Source of the DNA: Spirochaetaceae bacterium
GTDB taxonomy: Bacteria > Spirochaetota > Spirochaetia > DSM-27196 > Alkalispirochaetaceae
Direction of reading: 5' to 3'
Length of the DNA stretch: 64,000 nt
Assembly (NCBI GenBank): GCA_046540995.1
Contig: JBKHED010000005.1
Span: forward strand, 32,052 to 96,051
Shown here: one piece after another, positions 45,129-53,246 of the stretch
How the letters are laid out: each line of letters starts with the position of its first letter
How positions within the stretch are numbered: the first letter of the stretch is position 1
The notes under the pieces: model-generated
Told to the model about the DNA's origin: nothing
Database searches by the model: none
What the model saw: the letters and a program-made list of their open reading frames with translations, nothing else
Translations under genes and position numbers: made by a program

Positions 45129-46451
45129 TCAGACGAGCTCCTCCGGGTGCTCGTCGAGAATGGGAATAACCGTGCTCCTCGATCCCGTTCCGGGGAGCGC
45201 ATCAATCAGGGCAACCGCCTCTCTCACGCTGCGTTCCTGGGCACGGTGCGTGGTGATCACAACGGGGACTAAGGTGCCGCTCTGGGGCGCTTCTTCGGGC
45301 AGCTCGTTTTGGAGGACGCTGGCGATACTAATGGCGTGCTCCGCGAATATGGAAGAGAGCTTGGCGAGCATCCCCGGGGAGTCGGTTACCATGGTGCGAA
45401 TGTAGAAGCGTCCCGCGGTCTCTTCTACGTGGACCTGTCTGGAGAGGGTGTTGATGTCCTGCCACTGCCCCGCGGCCTGAAAGACCTTCTCGAAGGTACC
45501 GAGACCGAGACTTACCACATCGGAGACCACGGCGCTCGCCGTCGGTTGGCCTCCCGCACCCCGGCCGTAGTAGAGGGTGTGCCCCGTGGCGTGACCGTAT
45601 ACGCTCACGGCGTTAAAGGGTCCCTTTACCCAGGCAAGGGGATGCTCCCGGGATATGAACGCCGGCCGTACCCAGAGGGTAACGCCGTCGGTGGTACGGT
45701 AGGAGACTGCGAGGAGCTTTACCATGTAGCCGAGGGTGCTCCCGAAGGCGACGTCCACCTCCGAAAGGCCGTCTATGCCCTCAACCGGGATCGCGTCGAA
45801 GTCGACCTTGAGGCCGAAGGCGAGGGCGCTCATAATGGCGATCTTGTGGGCCGAGTCCATTCCGCCGACATCGAGGGCCGGATCCGCCTCGGCGAGCCCC
45901 CTCGCCTGGGCATCCGCCAGTGCCGCCTCATAGCTCTTGCCTTCCTCGATCATCTCGGTGAGTATAAAGTTGCAGGTACCGTTGACGATGCCGTAGAGCG
46001 CGTCCACCTCGTTCGCCACGAGCCCCTCCACGAGGGAGCGGATAATCGGGATTCCCCCGCCGCAGCTCGCCTCGAAGGCGATCGCCCTTCCCCGGGTCCG
46101 TGCGAGGGCCCAGAGCTCCTCCCCGTGATGCGCGAGGAGCGCCTTGTTCGCCGTGACCACATGCTTCCCCGCTTCCAGGGCGCTCTCGATGAGCTCCTTG
46201 GCAAATCCAGTTCCGCCGACCAGCTCGATGACAATCTCCACCTCCGGATCGGCGAGGGCCTTCTCCAGCTCCTCGGTAAAGGTTTCTTCCGGAAGCCCGA
46301 GCGAACGGGCCACGTCGAAGTTCTTGTCCACGATGTAGCGAAGCTCCAGGTCGAGCCCGCTCTTTCGGCGGAGGAGCTCCCGGTCCCGGGTGAGCAGCTG
46401 TGCCGTGGCGCCTCCAACGGTGCCGCAGCCGACAAGGGCGATTCCAACCAT
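45129..46451 (-). CDS. hom: homoserine dehydrogenase with a C-terminal ACT domain
   Basis: NAD motif LVGCGTVGG and the Hom catalytic-domain pattern. The start at 46451 is supported by a promoter 7 nt upstream. Confidence 0.9.
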   Translation of the reverse strand: MVGIALVGCGTVGGATAQLLTRDRELLRRKSGLDLELRYIVDKNFDVARSLGLPEETFTEELEKALADPEVEIVIELVGGTGFAKELIESALEAGKHVVTANKALLAHHGEELWALARTRGRAIAFEASCGGGIPIIRSLVEGLVANEVDALYGIVNGTCNFILTEMIEEGKSYEAALADAQARGLAEADPALDVGGMDSAHKIAIMSALAFGLKVDFDAIPVEGIDGLSEVDVAFGSTLGYMVKLLAVSYRTTDGVTLWVRPAFISREHPLAWVKGPFNAVSVYGHATGHTLYYGRGAGGQPTASAVVSDVVSLGLGTFEKVFQAAGQWQDINTLSRQVHVEETAGRFYIRTMVTDSPGMLAKLSSIFAEHAISIASVLQNELPEEAPQSGTLVPVVITTHRAQERSVREAVALIDALPGTGSRSTVIPILDEHPEELV

Positions 46452-46458
46452 GGCGCAC

Positions 46459-46487
46459 ATCGTATGTGGCGGTCTATGCCATGTCAA
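46459..46487 (-). promoter_or_regulatory. promoter of hom (leaderless-type spacing)
   Basis: On the minus strand: TTGACA, 17 nt, TACGAT, then 7 nt to the ATG at 46451. Confidence 0.5.
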
Positions 46488-46545
46488 CTGAGGCGGCAGC
46501 TCGTCGCCGGCCCCTCCTACCAGGTTCCCCGGAACCGTCTTGATC

Positions 46546-46554
46546 TGATACTAT
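46546..46554 (+). promoter_or_regulatory. extended -10 element TGaTACTAT 6 nt upstream of the ParB-like gene ATG
   Basis: Direct reading. No SD lies before the ATG at 46561. Confidence 0.35.
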
Positions 46555-46560
46555 GAGCGT

Positions 46561-47448
46561 ATGCGTCACATTTCGGTTGCCGAACTCCTTCGGCTCCCCC
46601 GGCCTTTTGCGTTTCTCCGGGAGAAAGCGGTCCCCACCCCGGTGGCCGTGGAGCGGGAGCTCTACCAGCCGCCGGTGGTGGCGGTGGTGGAGGAAGGGCG
46701 TTCCCTCCTCTGGGGAAGGGAGACGGTGCGAGTGGCCCGAGAAGCGGGAAGGAGAGAGCTCTGGTGCCGGGAGCTAAAAGGGACGGAACCCCTCGAAGCT
46801 GCAAAGGCGGCCCTGGCGGCGGAGAACCGGCCCGGAGAGTGGGAGCTCGATGAGCTCGTGGCGCTCCTTGCCTTTATCGAGGGGAGGGGGGCTGCGCCCG
46901 ACGAGCCCCTGCGGGAGCTCATCGACGGCTCAAAGCGGGGGCTTCTAGAGCAGGCGCGCAAAGCCGCATCTCTGCCGAAACAGGTTCGGGAGCTGGTGCT
47001 CCGAGGAGCCCTGACGCTTCGGCACGGCGAGGAGCTGGCGCAGCTGCCGGCTCCGCTGGCGGAGGCGGTGGTAGCGGCCCTGGGGGAGGGGAGCTTCAGC
47101 ACCAGGAGAGAGCTGGTGCAGATGAGCGTGGAGCTCTTTAAGCGGTATCAGGAGGAGGATCCGGGAATCGAAGCACGGCTAATCGAAGCGCTCGGGAGCG
47201 CAGACCCCCGACGGACGCTCTACGCGTTGCGATACCCGAGCTACAGCGGCGCCCGGGAAACCCTCGACTCCTTTCGTAGCCGTTTCCTCAAAGGAACCGG
47301 GGTACGCCTCGAGGAGCCGCCGTACCTCGAGGGCGATAGCTTCTCCCTGGTTATTCCTTTTTCCACGCCCCGGGAGCTGGAGAAACGACTCGATGCGGTC
47401 CGGCGAGCGGCGAAAGAGATTGAAGCGGTTACGGAGCTACTCGGATGA
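46561..47448 (+). CDS. ParB/Srx-fold N-terminal domain protein with a degenerate arginine patch
   Basis: PPVVAVVEEGRSLLWGRETVRVAREAGRRELWCREL...ALAAENRPGEWEL parallels the ParB pattern (GERRxRAA...ENxxRxxL). GERR is replaced by GRET. Confidence 0.6.
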   Translation: MRHISVAELLRLPRPFAFLREKAVPTPVAVERELYQPPVVAVVEEGRSLLWGRETVRVAREAGRRELWCRELKGTEPLEAAKAALAAENRPGEWELDELVALLAFIEGRGAAPDEPLRELIDGSKRGLLEQARKAASLPKQVRELVLRGALTLRHGEELAQLPAPLAEAVVAALGEGSFSTRRELVQMSVELFKRYQEEDPGIEARLIEALGSADPRRTLYALRYPSYSGARETLDSFRSRFLKGTGVRLEEPPYLEGDSFSLVIPFSTPRELEKRLDAVRRAAKEIEAVTELLG

Positions 47449-48539
47449 TCTCCTACGGCGCGCATACGCGGTTTGCCCGAGCCTACGTGGAAGAGGCGGT
47501 AGTCCACACCCTTGCCGCGGAACGGGCCAGGGAGTTTCTCGGGGAGCGCGTTCCCCTCACGGTGATTGCGAACCGGGAGGAGATTCCCGAGGAGGATCGG
47601 AACCAGCACACGCTCTTCGTGGCGCGCTCGCCCTCGGGGATGTTCAAGCGATGCCCCGGCAGCCGGGGGCATCTCTGCTGCAACTACCTCACTATCGACC
47701 TCTACGCGGGGTGCACCCTCGGCTGTAGCTACTGCATTATGAAAAGCTATCTCTCCTTCTCCCCGATCACCGTCTACGCCGATCTCTCTCCGGCCATTGC
47801 GGGGCTCAGAGAGGTGGCGCGGCGCAATCCGGATAAGGAGATCAGGGTGGGAACCGGAGAGGTGGGGGACTCCCTTCTCTACGACCCGATCTTTCGGCTC
47901 TCCGAGGAGCTCATTAAGGGTGTGGCGGACCTACCGAATGTACGCCTCGAACTCAAGACAAAGAGTGACTTCGTCGATCACCTCCTCGATCTCGAACCGA
48001 AGGGGCGGAGCGTGATAGGCTTCTCCCTGAATCCTCAGGAGATCATCGATCGGGAAGAGGGGTGGGCGGCCTCCCTAACGGCCCGGCTCGATGCGGCGCG
48101 GCGGGTCGCCGAAGCGGGGTACGCGGTGGCCTTCCACTTCGATCCGATTATTCGCCTGAGTAACTGGCGGGAGCTCTATGAGCAGGTGGTACGGGAGCTC
48201 GAGCCATTTCGTTCTCGGGAGGTCGCCTGGGTAAGCCTCGGCACCGTGCGCTTTACCCGGGCTCTCCGGGAGAAGATAGAGGAGCGCCCCTATCTCTACG
48301 ATGAGTTTTATCCCTCCCGGGACGGCAAGCTGCGCTATCTTCAGAAGGAGCGGGTAGAGGTGTACCGTGCCATGAGTCGGTGGCTCGAGGAGAGCGTGGG
48401 AGCCCGGGTCTATCTCTGCATGGAGTCCGCCGCGGTCTGGCGGCGCGCCTTCGGCGGTGAGCCGAGCACCCTCTCCCGAGGGGTTGCGGAGCTCTTCCGC
48501 TGGCCTCTGGGGATGCCGGAGGAGGAGAAGAAGGAATGA
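47445..48539 (+). CDS. splB: spore-photoproduct-lyase-like radical SAM protein
   Basis: CPGSRGHLCCNYLTIDLYAGCTLGCSYCIM carries the CxxxCxxC radical-SAM triad in an SPL-like context. ATGA coupling to the ParB-like gene. Confidence 0.75.
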   Translation: MISYGAHTRFARAYVEEAVVHTLAAERAREFLGERVPLTVIANREEIPEEDRNQHTLFVARSPSGMFKRCPGSRGHLCCNYLTIDLYAGCTLGCSYCIMKSYLSFSPITVYADLSPAIAGLREVARRNPDKEIRVGTGEVGDSLLYDPIFRLSEELIKGVADLPNVRLELKTKSDFVDHLLDLEPKGRSVIGFSLNPQEIIDREEGWAASLTARLDAARRVAEAGYAVAFHFDPIIRLSNWRELYEQVVRELEPFRSREVAWVSLGTVRFTRALREKIEERPYLYDEFYPSRDGKLRYLQKERVEVYRAMSRWLEESVGARVYLCMESAAVWRRAFGGEPSTLSRGVAELFRWPLGMPEEEKKE

Positions 48540-49495
48540 TACGAGAACGGAGACGACGAGTAAGCACGCTCTTTCTGGCTCTGCTCTTCCTCGCGGCGGT
48601 CCTGCAGGGAGAGGAAATCGGCCGGGTGGCGGCTCTGGCGGATTCAGTCTCGATTGTCCGGGCCGGGGAGCCGATTCCGGGGGCCGTGGAGGGTGGAACG
48701 GCTCTGAAGGCGGAGGACCTGCTCCTAACCGGAGAGGGTTACGGAGAGGTGATTCTCGACGGCCTCGGAAGGCTCCGGCTCTGGCCGGAAACGGTCGTCC
48801 ATCTGCGCGGAAGCGTGGAAATCGAGTTGCTCACGGGGACGGTACAGTTTCGACGGCTCGGCGGAAGCGGCCCGGTACCGATTCTCTCGGGAGCGGTCAC
48901 GGTCCGGATACGATCCGGAGAGGCGACGGTGAGTGCAGGCGCCGGCGACCTCCGTCTCGTCCTATCGGAGTCGGGGCGCCAGCCGGTACTGAGTGAGACC
49001 GGGGTGCGCCGTTTTGCGGAGCCCGGCCGGCCGGTGGGGTTCTACCGGCGCCTCTCGAACATCGAGGGCGCCCCGCTGGAGTGGAGGGAAGCCGCCCTCA
49101 AGACCTTCGCCACCCGGGGTCCTGGGGAGATGGCCGATCGCTTTCAAGAGTACCGGGAGCTCCGGGAACGATTCGATACGGCCTATGAGGAACTTCTCCG
49201 TTATCGAAGCACGCTGAACCGTTGGAGAAGCGAGTTCCGACGTGGCCTCGACCCGAAGGTGGAAGAGACCCTAACCGGAGAACCTGAGCTCTCCGCTGCT
49301 CTGGATGGGGTGCTCGGGGTGAGTGAGGAGATGGAGAGGCGCTACTATCAACTCCGTCTCGACGCCCCTTACCTTCGAGAGGAGTTCCGGGAGTATTTGC
49401 GGCAGGAGGATGCGTACCTAACCGATCGGCTCCATTTCGTTCGCTTTCTGCGCGCCCTTCTGCCCGCCGGCGCGCTCGACCAGGAGAGTGCTTAG
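48536..49495 (+). CDS. secreted FecR-domain-like protein
   Basis: Signal peptide RRRRVSTLFLALLFLAAVLQG. FecR-like VSIVRAGEPIPGAVEGGTALKAEDLLLTGEGYGEVILDGLGRLRLWPETVV. ATGA coupling. Confidence 0.55.
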   Translation: MIRERRRRVSTLFLALLFLAAVLQGEEIGRVAALADSVSIVRAGEPIPGAVEGGTALKAEDLLLTGEGYGEVILDGLGRLRLWPETVVHLRGSVEIELLTGTVQFRRLGGSGPVPILSGAVTVRIRSGEATVSAGAGDLRLVLSESGRQPVLSETGVRRFAEPGRPVGFYRRLSNIEGAPLEWREAALKTFATRGPGEMADRFQEYRELRERFDTAYEELLRYRSTLNRWRSEFRRGLDPKVEETLTGEPELSAALDGVLGVSEEMERRYYQLRLDAPYLREEFREYLRQEDAYLTDRLHFVRFLRALLPAGALDQESA

Positions 49496-50082
49496 AAGAG
49501 GGTGACCTCTCCGCGCTTTTTCTTGTTCCGCTCTTCCCGGAGCTTCTTGAGGTACTCCGTTTCTTCCTCTTCCACCTCATGGACCGTGGTGGTGGCGGTA
49601 ATTCTCTTGAGGAGAACCTTTGCGGTGGTGGGGTAGAAAAAGAGCTTTCGCGCCTGGATTCCTCCGACGTCCGATGCGCTGATCGGTATACCTTCGGTCT
49701 TGAGAAACTCCATGGCAAACTCTACGTTGCTCCGGGGTACATTGCCGGCGGTGGAAGCATGGAGGACGTGGCCCCCGCCGAAGACCTTGGCGACCATCCT
49801 CTGTTTACTTCCGCCGAGCTTGAATAGCTCGTTTATGAGAACCTCCATGGCGTAGAGGCCATACTTGGCGCTCTCCTGGTTAAATCCTCGGTGCGCCTCC
49901 AGGGAGCCGGGAAGCATAAAGTGGTTCAGGCCGCCTACCTTGGCGTTGTCGTCATAGAGCGCTACTGCCACGCAGGAACCGAGGATGGTCGAAATGATCG
50001 TCTCTTCCCCGGTGGCGTAGTACTCACCGGGATGGATAATGATCACATCAGACTGGAACTTGCTGTTGAAATGCCGGTACAT
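49492..50082 (-). CDS. cheD: chemoreceptor glutamine deamidase CheD with a ~35-aa C-terminal extension
   Basis: LGSCVAVALYD, GGLNHFMLP, KVFGGGHV. The tail ends ...KKKRGEVTLF. Confidence 0.85.
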   Translation of the reverse strand: MYRHFNSKFQSDVIIIHPGEYYATGEETIISTILGSCVAVALYDDNAKVGGLNHFMLPGSLEAHRGFNQESAKYGLYAMEVLINELFKLGGSKQRMVAKVFGGGHVLHASTAGNVPRSNVEFAMEFLKTEGIPISASDVGGIQARKLFFYPTTAKVLLKRITATTTVHEVEEEETEYLKKLREERNKKKRGEVTLF

Positions 50083-50096
50083 TCAGTTTACTTTTC

Positions 50097-51872
50097 TCAA
50101 AAGAGTGTCAGCTCGCCGGAGGTTGCTCCGGTCTCGACTTCAATTCCCGCCAGGGCTCCCGCCCGTTGCTTATGGGTAAATATCGTGAATCTATCGATCA
50201 TTGACTGCAGGCGCTCGCTCTGGATCTCCCAGCTCTCGAGACCGACTTCCTCAAGCAGTGGCTCCATCTGGTTGCGAGCGCTCTCCTCGACTCTCGAGAG
50301 CTCGTCTTCGATCTCTTCGATCTGCCGACCAAGATCTTCCAGGCGGGAGAGCTCCTCTTCGGACTGCCCGAAGAGATCAAAGAATCGGTTCGTGAAGAGG
50401 GAGAACCCCTGGACGAAGGAGGCGATCTCCTCGAACTCCCTGTTGAGCCGGTCGTACCGGTTCTGGATCTCCCCTCGAAAGGAGAGAACCAGCGCTTCCT
50501 CCTGATTAAAGAGTCCCCGAAAGTGCTCCACAGCGCTGGACACCTTCTCAATGAACGCCTGGGTGGAGGTAAGGGAGGTCTCCACGTCGTGTTCGATCTT
50601 TCTGGTGAGTTGGGTCATCTCGCCGACGGTGTCGGACATCTGCCGTAGTACTTCCTGCTTTGCTACTTCGATGCGAGAGGCGATATCGATGGAGTGAAAC
50701 CTATTTATGAGGGTCGAAAAGGACTTGAAGTCTCCCTCCAGCTGGTTGATGTCCCGCATGAGCTGTACCGACCGCCGAGAGATGCGCTCTTTGAGCTCCA
50801 TCATCCGGTCCACGTCCGCGAGAACTCGTTCCAAGAGATGGAGCGCCCCCTGTCGCTGCGCGGCCATGCTACCGGTGATTTCGGGGTTCTCCGTCAGTTG
50901 GAGGTACTCCTGCCGCTCCCTCTCGAAGGTGTCGGTAAGCTCCCTTGCCTCACCTATGTGTCCCCGCAACTGCTGGAGGCTCTCCTGGAGCTGCCTCTTA
51001 ACGTCCGCAAGAACCTCCTTGCCGAGGTTCGGTACAAGGGCGACAAAGGAGAGCTCGTCGAGGCGCTGCTCCGTGGAACCAACCTCGCCGGTCTCCTGGA
51101 GCCCCTCGAGGGAGATAATCACGTGGTCCACGGATTGTCTGATAATATCCTGGAGCTGAACGCTCTCCATAATGGAGCGAACGGGGTTCCGAATCGAGCT
51201 GGACCGGTCCTGAAGCCCCTTCATTCCGTTCGTTAGCTCTCGGGTGGCGTTCTGCAGCTTTTCGAAACTGCCAAAAAGCTCCTTCCGAAGCCGGTTAAAG
51301 AGCTCTTCCTCGAAGGATCGGACCTCGTCAATGGTAGAGCGGAACTCCTGGAAGTCCTCCAGGAGCTGCTGCCCTCGCCGGGTGATCTCATCGGAGAGCT
51401 CTATGGTTCTCGCCGAGAGCCGTTTGAGCTCCTCGGTTATGTAGGAAAAGGCCCGACCCGCGGAGCCCGCCTTGAGAGCGACGGTCATAGCGTTGAGTGA
51501 GATGAGCTCCATATCCTCCGAGTCGTGTCTAATAGCGGCGATGAGCTCCTCCAGAGAGGAGAGATTCTCAATCGCCTCCCGGAGCTGCTGGTAAAACGCC
51601 TCGTCCTCCTCGTGCATCGCCGAAAGCTTAGCCGTAGATTCCTCGAGAGCGTGTCTGGTCTCTTCCAAGAGTGCTCCAAGGGCGGCTTCGCCGCTCTCCG
51701 TGGCGGCGAGACCGGCGATTGTCGACTCCGAGCGGTTGAGGGAGTGCTCCATCTCCTGCATGAGCTTCGGAAAGGTCTCTCCCAGTCTGAGAAAGACCCG
51801 CTCCGTCTCGGAGACAAAGCCCTTTAGGGTGTCAATAATCCGGTCTCGGAGCTCGACGGTCTGCCTATCCAT
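50097..51872 (-). CDS. soluble methyl-accepting-chemotaxis-like protein with a divergent signalling tip
   Basis: ISLNAMTVALKAGSAGRAFSYITEELKRLSARTIE parallels the MCP hairpin consensus LALNAAIEAARAGExGRGFAVVAxEVRxLAERS. It has no hydrophobic helices and is coiled-coil throughout. Confidence 0.7.
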   Translation of the reverse strand: MDRQTVELRDRIIDTLKGFVSETERVFLRLGETFPKLMQEMEHSLNRSESTIAGLAATESGEAALGALLEETRHALEESTAKLSAMHEEDEAFYQQLREAIENLSSLEELIAAIRHDSEDMELISLNAMTVALKAGSAGRAFSYITEELKRLSARTIELSDEITRRGQQLLEDFQEFRSTIDEVRSFEEELFNRLRKELFGSFEKLQNATRELTNGMKGLQDRSSSIRNPVRSIMESVQLQDIIRQSVDHVIISLEGLQETGEVGSTEQRLDELSFVALVPNLGKEVLADVKRQLQESLQQLRGHIGEARELTDTFERERQEYLQLTENPEITGSMAAQRQGALHLLERVLADVDRMMELKERISRRSVQLMRDINQLEGDFKSFSTLINRFHSIDIASRIEVAKQEVLRQMSDTVGEMTQLTRKIEHDVETSLTSTQAFIEKVSSAVEHFRGLFNQEEALVLSFRGEIQNRYDRLNREFEEIASFVQGFSLFTNRFFDLFGQSEEELSRLEDLGRQIEEIEDELSRVEESARNQMEPLLEEVGLESWEIQSERLQSMIDRFTIFTHKQRAGALAGIEVETGATSGELTLF

Positions 51873-51878
51873 TGCTCA

Positions 51879-51907
51879 AGTATACCTGTACTTCCGCCTT
51901 CTTCCAA
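51879..51907 (-). promoter_or_regulatory. promoter of the MCP-like / cheD unit (leaderless-type spacing)
   Basis: On the minus strand: TTGGAA, 17 nt, TATACT, then 6 nt to the ATG at 51872. Confidence 0.45.
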
Positions 51908-51921
51908 GTTCTCCGATTCGC

Positions 51922-51952
51922 ACAATAAAAAGGCCGTCCGAGCGGACGGCCT
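51922..51952 (-). terminator. rho-independent terminator after the ABC ATPase gene
   Basis: Stem AGGCCGTCC / GGACGGCCT with a 4-nt loop. On the minus strand it is followed by TTTTTATTGTG. Confidence 0.7.
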
Positions 51953-51991
51953 TGGTCATTTCTGCACACGGCACTGAGCACGCCCGTGTTC

Positions 51992-53116
51992 TTAGACGGG
52001 ATCAGCGGCACGAACACCTTCGACGTTCAGGGCTTCTTCAGTCTCCAGGTCAAAGAGGATCGCTCGCTCCATGTGAGGTACGAACTTCGCCTTGTCACCA
52101 ACGCTGAGGTGAACGTCCGGTTGGGTTCGAACGATTATCTGGTGGCTTCCGGTATTCACGTAGTGGTGGATTTCGGCTCCCAGGGGTTCGACAACCTCCA
52201 CGGTTACCGGCACGAAGGAGTGCTCCTTCGGGTTCTCCTCGTAGGAGAGGTCCTCGGGACGGATGCCGAAGGTGAGCTTCTTGCCTACTCTGCTCTTGGC
52301 GACTTCCGCGGCCTTGCCGGTGAGCTCGATGGTAAAGTTGCCCTCATCGGCGAGGTATTTGCCGTTCTCCTCCCTGACATCCACGACCATGAAGTTCATC
52401 GGGGGAGAGCCGATAAAGCCCGCCACGAAGCGGTTAATCGGCTTGTTGTAGAGGGTCAGGGGGTCACCAATCTGCTGAATAAAACCGTCCTTCATGACAA
52501 CGATCTTGTCGCCCATGGTCATGGCCTCTACCTGGTCATGGGTAACATAAACCATCGTTGCCTGAAGGCGGTTGTGCAACGCGGAAATCTCGGCCCGCAT
52601 CTGCACTCGTAGCTTGGCGTCCAGGTTGGAAAGGGGCTCGTCAAAGAGGAATACCTTTGGCTGTCGCACTATGGCGCGACCGACGGCGACACGCTGCCGC
52701 TGTCCACCCGAAAGCGCCTTGGGCTTACGCTCGAGAAGCATCCCGATATCGAGGATCTTCGCCGCCTCGTCGACCCGTTTTTTAATTTCCTCCTTATCGA
52801 ACTTGCGGATCTTGAGACCGAAGGCCATGTTGTCGTAGACACTCATGTGCGGGTATAGAGCGTAGTTCTGAAAGACCATCGCGATGTCCCGGTCCTTCGG
52901 GGGTACGTCGTTAACCCGTTTGCCATCGATAATCAGGTCACCGCCGGAAATATCTTCGAGACCTGCGATCATTCGGAGGGTGGTGGTCTTTCCACAGCCC
53001 GAGGGGCCGACCAGTACCACAAACTCCTTGTCTGCAATCTCAATGTTCGCGTCTTTGACCGCGGTAACATTGCCCTCATAAACCTTTGTCAGGTTTTTCA
53101 ACTGAACATTTGCCAT
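51992..53116 (-). CDS. sugar-type ABC transporter ATP-binding protein (MalK/UgpC/MsmK-like), orphan
   Basis: [34 protein letters not shown], and a C-terminal TOBE-like regulatory domain. Confidence 0.92.
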   Translation of the reverse strand: MANVQLKNLTKVYEGNVTAVKDANIEIADKEFVVLVGPSGCGKTTTLRMIAGLEDISGGDLIIDGKRVNDVPPKDRDIAMVFQNYALYPHMSVYDNMAFGLKIRKFDKEEIKKRVDEAAKILDIGMLLERKPKALSGGQRQRVAVGRAIVRQPKVFLFDEPLSNLDAKLRVQMRAEISALHNRLQATMVYVTHDQVEAMTMGDKIVVMKDGFIQQIGDPLTLYNKPINRFVAGFIGSPPMNFMVVDVREENGKYLADEGNFTIELTGKAAEVAKSRVGKKLTFGIRPEDLSYEENPKEHSFVPVTVEVVEPLGAEIHHYVNTGSHQIIVRTQPDVHLSVGDKAKFVPHMERAILFDLETEEALNVEGVRAADPV

Positions 53117-53154
53117 CTGAGGTCCTCCGTTGGCAATTATTTTATTGTCTGCCT

Positions 53155-53183
53155 AGTGTACGGGGAGATTCACGACCTGTCAA
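53155..53183 (-). promoter_or_regulatory. promoter of the ABC ATPase gene
   Basis: On the minus strand: TTGACA, 17 nt, TACACT, followed by a ~30-nt leader with GGAGGA before the ATG at 53116. Confidence 0.5.
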
Positions 53184-53246
53184 ATCGAATTTCCTGCGGA
53201 ATTGTGGAGAATTTGGAGTAGGCGCTTCTGCGAAAGGGCGGCGGCC

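Noticed and set aside
45309-46556. 415-aa ORF on the plus strand
   Set aside because: It is antisense to homoserine dehydrogenase, which has clear NAD and ACT features, and it has no recognisable motif.
46517-46804. 95-aa Pro-rich minus-strand ORF in the hom / ParB-like intergenic region
   Set aside because: It overlaps the ParB-like gene in antisense and both predicted promoters, and its proline/glycine runs are typical of a non-coding frame.
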